DNA from: Trypanosoma brucei
Lineage: Eukaryota
Assembly: GCA_000002445.1 (NCBI GenBank)
Contig: CP000066.1
Location: forward strand, 192,001-256,000
Direction of reading: 5' to 3'
Length of the DNA: 64,000 bases
Notes under the pieces: model-generated
What the model was told of the DNA's origin: nothing
Database searches by the model: none
What the model saw: the letters and a program-made list of their open reading frames with translations, nothing else
Made by a program: the position numbers and the translations under genes
Shown: positions 56,925 through 64,000 of the stretch, piece by piece
Position numbering within the stretch: position 1 is the stretch's first letter
Layout of the letters: each line of letters begins with the position of its first letter

Positions 56925-58933
56925 TTATATTTTTTTAAAAAATGAAATGTGTGAATAGTTTGTGTGAATAAAATAGGAGGAAATGAACTTGGTTTGTAAG
57001 CCAAGGAAAAGTAATAAGTCGAAGCGCGTATATGTCTGTGTGCACATTTGCGAAGGCAATGACATCCGATGATTGGTTGGAGTGTGAGGAATAAATTAGC
57101 AAGTCTTTACCACTTCCCAGAAGGGAATTCTTGCGGCGTCGAATCGAGTGGCATGCTAGCAACAAACTTTTCTAACCAGGTGTGGTGGCTTGCAACCGAA
57201 TTTTCCTTGCTACTCAATGTTCTACAGAGTGTTGGCCATTTCGCTTTTGGTTGTTTTCGCCTTCACTTACCCACTGCACACACAGATAAAATGGGATATA
57301 AAGACGGAATATCTAAGCTAAACCCAACAGTAATAAACGGGCGAAAGCGGGGAATGAAAGATATCTATTCGTTCCCTCTAGAAACAAAAAAAAATGAAAA
57401 TGAAAGTGAAAAACAGCTGCTGTGCCATCGGGTCACTCGCAATCCCATCTGCTGACATGAGAGTATAGTTGGCACGTGCCTGAGTGGGGCCTTTTTTTAC
57501 CACGGATTGTTTATTTGTTTTCTTTTTCCTTTTCCTTTTACTTCACCACTCCACTCTATTCTGCTTTGCTCCCTTTCCCCTTTTTGATTAGTTTTCGTCA
57601 TTTTTGATGTTTGTTTCTTTTATTTGTTCGGACATACAGTTTGAGAGGGAGAAGTAGCGGCGGAGGAAGGAGATGAGATGAAAAGGACGCCACACAGTTA
57701 AGCACATTATTGTTGAGAGCTTTTGTTGGTTTGTCAATATAAGTGCTCAACATAACACGAGAGAGGAGAGGGGAAAGGAACAGCAGCAACAACAACGAAT
57801 GATAATAATAAAACAAAACCGAAAAGAAAGGAGGGAAAAGGAAAAGGAAAAGAAACTTACGAAGCAATTACAATGTATATATGTGAATGTAGAAGTGTAG
57901 TTTCGGATGCTGAAGGTATTTGGTTGCTTCTCTGGTGTGTTGGGCATCATGTAATTAGGTAATCATTGCTCTACGCTTCTTGGTGTGCAAATGTGTGTGC
58001 CCACTGAGGGTGTTTCTGCGCTGTGTACGTTTATCTTTGTGTTTGCATGATGGGTTTTGTGTGTAGTGTAGCGGCAAAACATTAACCAAACTCGGTACTC
58101 ACCATCGGAATGCAAAGCAAGACAAAACAAAACAAAACAAGAAAAGAAAAAGAAAAGCAATATGACCCTCCTTCTCTATTTTTATAATCATTATGATCAT
58201 TTTTTTTTTATCTTTTTTCTTTCTTTTATGTGTTGTTGGTCGTTTTCGTCAAAACTTCATCCGCGATGTGCAGGACGATCAACGGAGTGTAAAAGATGGG
58301 TGGACGGAAGGAGATGAAAGGGGCCCATACAAGCGCACGCATAAGTGGTTGTGTTGGCAAGCTAAAAATTCCATATGAAACCGTGTGAGCATGCGCAATC
58401 CGTGCGGCTATTATGTCTCCATCGTTATTTCCTTTTTTTTTCTTCCTTCTCCCCTTGACTGTTTGATTGATTGGTTTATTCACTCATTCACTCATCCATT
58501 CTCTTTGTTTGGTCACCTTCCGTTGTCGGTTCTCAGTTTGAAAGTGTACATGAAAGGCAAAACTTGGAGACTTTCACTTCGTACATCAGTTGATGACGTG
58601 CCCGCCCCGATGGGTTTCCTCCCAAGTCCGTCAAGTATTTTCCTTTTAATTGGGGCGGGGATTTGACACGTGTGTGCTGCGCCATGCGCTCTTTCACGTT
58701 CGTATCTCTGTTTTCTTTTGTTTCACAATTTTTCTTTGTCACTTCCACACAAACACAACCACACCCACGCACGCACGCTGCGGCCTCTTTCTCTTCCTTC
58801 TTTTCGTTTTTTTTTGCCTTTTGTCTCTGTATCGCCTGGGCTGTCCTTTATTTCGTTTGAAGCGTAGTAATAGAAGTAAGTGGTGGGCGCTAAGGCACAA
58901 GCAAAAAGAGGGTGTAAGAGCGCATATAAATAA

Positions 58934-58940
<7 letters not shown>

Positions 58941-58964
<24 letters not shown>
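58941..58964. repeat. (TA)12 microsatellite.
   Basis: Read directly from the sequence. Confidence 0.9.
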
Positions 58965-58967
<3 letters not shown>

Positions 58968-59010
58968 ATATATATTGGAAGGGGGAATAAATATCACAAA
59001 TACATCGCTG

Positions 59011-60492
59011 ATGTTTTCGGGTTCTGAAGGCAGCGTTCGAACGGATGACACCAACGTTGAACCACCGCCAATACCGAAAACTCGCGGCCCGTTACTTTTT
59101 GAAGGTGTGAGGTTGGCGGGCGGCCCCCCGCGCAGAACACCCAAAAGATCGTGCTCTCGTTACTTTTCTGTAACCAGGAAAACGACTTCTGCGGGGACAG
59201 ATGAGTGTGAACATGCGCCACCAGGGTTTTCATTAGTTAATACACCAAGCACACAAGATGTTTCCCCCTCAGCGAAAATGGAACTGCCGTGCAGTGCTGC
59301 TGCCCATTATGATGATGACGATGATGATGATGATATTATACCATCGACTGCCCCACTTCCGACACCACACCCGGTGATGCACAGAGTTTTAGCAACAGGA
59401 CAACCCAATGGAGTGTCGCGGTTGTTGCCATTTGATGAATATGTTGTTGAGGAAGTGACACCGAGAAAATGTAGCAGCATTTCAGCAGATACAAGTGGTG
59501 CCGCGCCCTCCACCCCGCAAGGCACTGAACTAAGAGAAGTTACACAGGTGGAAGAACAATCACCGCTTCCCGCGGTTCCAGAGATGTGTGAGTCGCCAAC
59601 ACGATTTACGCTTGGTCCACGACTACCGGTAAATGGGGAAAAGGTCCGTATGGATTTTTATTTTCTCCAACAGGAAGTTGATGCGTGGGCAAAACCTATC
59701 GAAACGACAGCCGACGTCGAGTGGCACAAACAGCACCTACAAGAAACGAGGGTCGCAATGCGTTCCCTGCTGCATGAGTTGGAAGTACTTATAGCGAGAG
59801 AAGCCGCAGAACATGAGCGGTTGTGCATTGCGAGGGGGTTCAGTGCAATGGAATCCACCAGTGATGGCAAATGCACTTATGCGGGTGAAACCGATGTTGT
59901 GAGTAAAACTAGAGGCAAGGAATGGAAACAAGAGGAATTAGAAACGCTGGAGGCGTGGCGGGTGGAAAAGGGGGCACTTTTGGCACAAAAGTCAAAATTG
60001 CTTCGCGAGCACCAGGAGTTGCAATACCGTTTGCGCTCTCATTTAAGTGGTAGCGCTACTGGAAGAGTGACACCATCACCAAATACTAGCGTTAGCAGAA
60101 GTAACAAAAGTAGGGGAGATGAGGGAAATATCGGTGGGATGTCGACTCCACTCGACAACGGCGTGGCGCAATTACGGCTTGAAATCAGTGAGATGAATGC
60201 CAAGTTAAAGAAACTTGAAGATGCATACAAAGTTCTTCATGACAACCAACAATGGCGTCAGGGAGAGTTTGATGATGAATATGGCGCGTTATGTCGTGCG
60301 CTCGCCACAGCAACGGCTGGAGAAATAAACAACCGCACGGCTTTGCAAGATACCATTAGGGAGGCGGAAGGTGTGCGGGCAAATTGTCTCAGGCAAGGTG
60401 ATGCATCGCTTGTATCTCTAATGGAGCGTGGTTTGAGCGAGGCTAAAGCAGCTCTTAAATGCCACGACACCGAGCAATACGAAACTAAGTGA
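59011..60492 (+). CDS. Hypothetical coiled-coil protein of about 493 aa with a poly-Asp tract.
   Basis: Track ORF 58975..60492 begins with TTG. The first ATG is residue 13, at 59011 (MFSGSEGS...). It has HYDDDDDDDDII and a C-terminal coiled-coil (LEISEMNAKLKKLEDAYKVLHDNQQWRQ). Confidence 0.5.
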   Translation: MFSGSEGSVRTDDTNVEPPPIPKTRGPLLFEGVRLAGGPPRRTPKRSCSRYFSVTRKTTSAGTDECEHAPPGFSLVNTPSTQDVSPSAKMELPCSAAAHYDDDDDDDDIIPSTAPLPTPHPVMHRVLATGQPNGVSRLLPFDEYVVEEVTPRKCSSISADTSGAAPSTPQGTELREVTQVEEQSPLPAVPEMCESPTRFTLGPRLPVNGEKVRMDFYFLQQEVDAWAKPIETTADVEWHKQHLQETRVAMRSLLHELEVLIAREAAEHERLCIARGFSAMESTSDGKCTYAGETDVVSKTRGKEWKQEELETLEAWRVEKGALLAQKSKLLREHQELQYRLRSHLSGSATGRVTPSPNTSVSRSNKSRGDEGNIGGMSTPLDNGVAQLRLEISEMNAKLKKLEDAYKVLHDNQQWRQGEFDDEYGALCRALATATAGEINNRTALQDTIREAEGVRANCLRQGDASLVSLMERGLSEAKAALKCHDTEQYETK

Positions 60493-60826
60493 AGTTTCAC
60501 ATACAAATTCGGTAGACGTTCTTGCGGGGAAACGGTGTGTTTCCTTCAAAAGAGACGAAAAGGGGGAAAAATAATAAAGAACAACAACAACGACAACAAA
60601 ACAAAACAAAAAAAGAAGGTGGTGTCATGACAGGCCGGATCCTCTCCTTCTAACACCCGAGTAGTTGCCCGCAAGACGTGTTTCTCAAGCAGGAGGAGAT
60701 TCGGAGGGGAAAGCCTCTTGGTGTTATATGTACCTTAGTTTCCCTTCCATTCCTTTCTTGTTATTTTATTGTAATTTTTTTTTCTTCTGTGCACCGAGGA
60801 GCTCACTTTTTCCTTTTTTCCCCCCC

Positions 60827-60855
60827 CTCTCTCTCTCTCTATATATATATATATA
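60827..60855. repeat. Compound (CT)7(AT)7 microsatellite. This is the reverse-complement arrangement of the compound repeat at 53175.
   Basis: Read directly from the sequence: cccccccctctctctctctctatatatatatatata. Confidence 0.9.
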
Positions 60856-61217
60856 AGGGAAAAGTTGATGCTTTTATGCCTGTGAAGATTCGGTGCTCGT
60901 CTACTTGGGTAGTGTTTTGCCTGTCCGCCTTTGTTTTGTTTTTGTTTTTGTTTTTGTTCTTTTTCTTTTTTCGAATTTCATTTACATTCATACCATTAGT
61001 TGGTCCTGTCAAATACTTTCATTATACTAAATCTTTTATCGGTGCCTTTCTGTCTAATGACTGGAATTTTTTACAAAAAAAACTTTTTTCCCCTATATTT
61101 GTGTAATCAGAGTGCGCGTGTACCATACGAGCAGTGGCTAATTAAAGGGGAAAACAAACGATATATAATTATATAACCGAAAAAAAAATAATTATAATAA
61201 ATAAGTAAACAAAAAAT

Positions 61218-62291
61218 ATGCCGGCAAAAAAGAAAGGAGGGCGTGGAAAGACGCTTAATATTGTGGACTTCAATGTTGACTACATCCCGGAGGACAATTT
61301 AGACTGGGCAGTTGTGGTGCCTCAGGAAAAAACGCAGGAGCAGGTGTTGGAAGAGAAACTTGCCAAGAGGGATTACAGTCGTACAGCCAACAATGTTCTA
61401 GTTGAAAGCGGTGGTTTCCGCGAGGCCCCATCGGAGCAAGTCACACGGCGAAGGGGAATAGAAGACCTGGAGCCACCATATGTAGCGCATTTTGGAAACC
61501 TCCGCAACGGAACAACCGAGGAGGAGTTTCTGCGTAACTTTCACGAAGATGTTGTTGTGACATCACGGCTTATTAATCAGGATGGTAAAAGTTTCGCATT
61601 TGTAGAGTTTAAAACGCCTCAGGCCCTTCTTATTGCCCTCGCGATGGACCAATCACTTGTTAAAGGGCGTAAGTTATACGTAGATTTAGCCACGCCCAAG
61701 CAGGTGGAACGGTTACGCGGCCATAGTGGTGGACTTTCTCGCCAAAATGCGGGACAACCCCAACAAAACCCTGCACTTCAGAACGTTAACTTAACTCGTG
61801 ATGCGTTTGGATCTACGCAACCGAATGAGAGGGAAAAGGATTTGGGCAGCCGTTCCGGGTTTGGAAGCCGAAACGACTTGCATGTACTATCCGACCTCTC
61901 CCGTGATACGCTAGGAACTGCTACACGACCAAATGAAGGTCTGCTCAGTCCTGTTGGTCCACCGGATTTTTCCAGTTGGCGCACGGAGGCCCCAACGGCC
62001 CAACCGGAGTTTCAACCGACGCTGCGGGAAAACCGCCGAAGTGAAACCGATTTGGACCGTCGCCGTGGACGTGGTGGTGGTGGTGGTGGTGGAGTTAAGG
62101 GACAAAGTTTTGGAAGTCTTGCGAATTGGCGCGATGAACCGATGGTGCAGGCACCTCCAATGGTGACAGCAGCTGCTGGTGAGGGAAATGCGCCACCTGA
62201 AGAAGGCGGTGCGGGTCGTAGGAATCGCGGGCCCCCGAGGTCTTCCGCAGCACCGGCGGAACCCTGCAAGTGGGAGGAACTGCGGAGATGA
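61218..62291 (+). CDS. RRM-type RNA-binding protein with a C-terminal Gly/Arg-rich (RGG-like) region.
   Basis: The 357-aa ORF with an ATG start has an RRM with RNP-like blocks, YVAHFGNL (RNP2-like) and KSFAFVEFKT (RNP1-like), followed by LYVDLA. The downstream region RRRGRGGGGGGGVKGQSFG is Gly-rich. The N-terminus is Lys-rich. Confidence 0.7.
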   Translation: MPAKKKGGRGKTLNIVDFNVDYIPEDNLDWAVVVPQEKTQEQVLEEKLAKRDYSRTANNVLVESGGFREAPSEQVTRRRGIEDLEPPYVAHFGNLRNGTTEEEFLRNFHEDVVVTSRLINQDGKSFAFVEFKTPQALLIALAMDQSLVKGRKLYVDLATPKQVERLRGHSGGLSRQNAGQPQQNPALQNVNLTRDAFGSTQPNEREKDLGSRSGFGSRNDLHVLSDLSRDTLGTATRPNEGLLSPVGPPDFSSWRTEAPTAQPEFQPTLRENRRSETDLDRRRGRGGGGGGGVKGQSFGSLANWRDEPMVQAPPMVTAAAGEGNAPPEEGGAGRRNRGPPRSSAAPAEPCKWEELRR

Positions 62292-62952
62292 GGAGACTTT
62301 CCGTTGATGTTTTTCTTCTTTTTTTTCTTTTTTTAACGGAGGAAACACGACCGCATGGAGAGGGAAGGGGCGGGTTTTTCACCCAAAAGTGGATGATGGG
62401 GTGCCAAAAGATGTTTAATGCTGAGGGATTATAAATGGAAGCAAACACACAACCTTCGACAAACCGGAGGTCACCTTCAAGAGTGGCTTGAGGAGGGGTG
62501 GGCGATGGAAAAGCAGGATAAAAAAAAAGTTATGAAAGAGAGAAAAAGGAAAATTTTTTTTAAAAGTTTATTAATGGAGGAATGAAGAAAGAAAGAAAGA
62601 AAGGAAAAAAAAATCAAAGAATGAAGAATGCCGTTTAACTCGTTCGATACGATCGCTGCGCACCCTCCGTCATATAAATCATTTGTTCGCCCTCCCCATG
62701 CCGCAACGAAGGGAAGTTAAGGAAAGTGTAATACCTTCATTGAAAAGAAGAGGGTTCCCGAAGCAACTGTCCAGCGTGAAAGGATCATTTTAAATGTGAA
62801 ATATTTCCGCTAACAGTAAAGCGGAAGAATAATACGAAGCAACCATTCAAAAGAGGTTGCAAATGCACAGTGAACATCAAGAAATAAGTGAAAACAAAAA
62901 GGGGAGATAAAAGTAACGACCGTGGAAATATCACATCATAAACAGTGCGTTA

Positions 62953-62963
62953 GGGGGGGGGGG
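62953..62963. repeat. G11 homopolymer on the plus (sense) strand.
   Basis: Read directly from the sequence. Confidence 0.9.
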
Positions 62964-63815
62964 AAGGTGATTAGAGCGTTACTTGACGTGGGGAGGAGTA
63001 ATATGCGGACTAAAAATAATATAGGCATTTGTGTTCGGAAGTGATTTAAGGTATAATGAACGCGTTATGACTATCTAAGGAAGGATATGCTTGCATTGCA
63101 ACATGTTTTCACACAGAAGAAGCGATTATAAGAGGAGGGGGACCACTCTTCAAGGCGCATTAGTTTCTTTGTTTTCAACAGAGAACTTTGCAAAATCATT
63201 TTTTTTGTTAACCTCTTTTCATTCTTGTCACTCTAATTTTTCTTTCCCTCTTTCTAAGGCCACATAACACCCCATCTATTTAGCTAACAGTAAAGCAAAT
63301 AAAAAAATTATAGATATTGGAGGCCATGAGTTTCATATGCTGCAAGGAAATCGAGGCAGTAATGGCATTCCCAGGGAAAGCGAAGAAGGAAAATATTTCT
63401 CCCAGCTTGTGGACAGATCCCAGTCGCTACGATTTCCTGCCATGATGCGGTGTTGGCGCCACCACCGCTACCACAAATGAAACCACTGATGACTATAACG
63501 TTTCACTCTTGTCGTAGGAAATGTCTTGACGAAACTTATACTTCGTTTGATTCTGAATTATTTATTACTTCCTTCACACCCTATCATTCGTCGCCCCTTA
63601 TTTACTCTTTCCGTTGGAACAATGATGTGAATCTATCTGTGCAAATGACACCTCTAGTCTGAAACACAACATGACGCGAGCACAAATACAAGTTATCCCT
63701 GGCTGAGTAATCCAACTCCATTCTCTGTCCCTTCCCTAAGCAATTCATATCGAGTTCTCTACTGAGAGAATTCGCATATATATTTTTTTTTCTTTTTTTC
63801 TTTACTTGTGTATTT

Positions 63816-63827
63816 GGGGGGGGGGGG
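63816..63827. repeat. G12 homopolymer on the plus (sense) strand, preceded by a T-rich tract.
   Basis: Read directly from the sequence. Confidence 0.9.
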
Positions 63828-64000
63828 ATTCGCGTTCGGTCCGCGCGACCATTTGGGATGATCTTAACACGGTATCGTATACTATTTTGCCATCTTTTTT
63901 TTTTTTCTGAGATGAGGCTGAAACACTTGCCCCATCACTTGGAAACTGAAATAGCAATGGCGAACGACATGCGACGTGAATGCCCACTGTATTGTAGCGG

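Noticed and set aside
57069-57455. A 128-aa ORF in the long 56.7–59.0 kb intergenic region.
   Set aside because: The translation has non-coding-like composition (Cys/His/Phe scattered) and no similarity. It probably lies within a long 3' UTR. It is kept only as a low-priority candidate in the findings.
1-64000. Search for a prokaryotic-style novel defence or operon system, CRISPR array or mobile element.
   Set aside because: The sequence is kinetoplastid nuclear DNA with intron-less unidirectional gene arrays and giant eukaryotic proteins. No direct-repeat and spacer arrays are present, and no transposase, integrase or retroelement (ingi/RIME/SLACS-like) ORFs. There are no long duplicated segments or terminal inverted repeats.

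Overview
This window is eukaryotic nuclear DNA, not prokaryotic. Gene content, polypyrimidine-rich intergenic regions and head-to-tail gene arrays are typical of a kinetoplastid polycistronic chromosome, and the gene order resembles Trypanosoma brucei chromosome 3. Recognised genes include a 4,639-aa dynein heavy chain, gamma-tubulin, FEN1, SLBP, Sec61-gamma, frataxin and a mitochondrial ACP. The window holds two divergent polycistronic units. A minus-strand unit runs from about 9.9 kb leftwards off the window: ACP, a 754-aa hypothetical, a 388-aa hypothetical, FEN1, a 188-aa hypothetical and a partial SET-like gene. A plus-strand unit runs from 14.2 kb to the right edge: SLBP-like, ankyrin, a hypothetical, a PUB-domain protein, gamma-tubulin, a 1,269-aa Cys-rich protein, dynein heavy chain, LYR-like, a 2OG-Fe(II) oxygenase, Sec61-gamma, an HIBADH-like dehydrogenase, a kinase-like protein, a coiled-coil protein, frataxin, a low-complexity protein, a second coiled-coil protein and an RRM/RGG protein. 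Between them lies a 4.2-kb divergent strand-switch region (about 9.96–14.2 kb) with no credible gene. It shows a flip in GT-versus-AC strand composition, and a T13G13 tract and an A13 tract sit at the flip point. This is the most interesting element, as a candidate bidirectional Pol II transcription-start region with GT-rich promoter-like sequence. I found no CRISPR array, no convincing tRNA or rRNA, and no mobile element. The supplied ORF track uses GTG and TTG as start codons, so several N-termini were moved to the first in-frame ATG. Coordinates derived from the track may be off by 1 nt where my reading of the printed sequence disagreed with track arithmetic.
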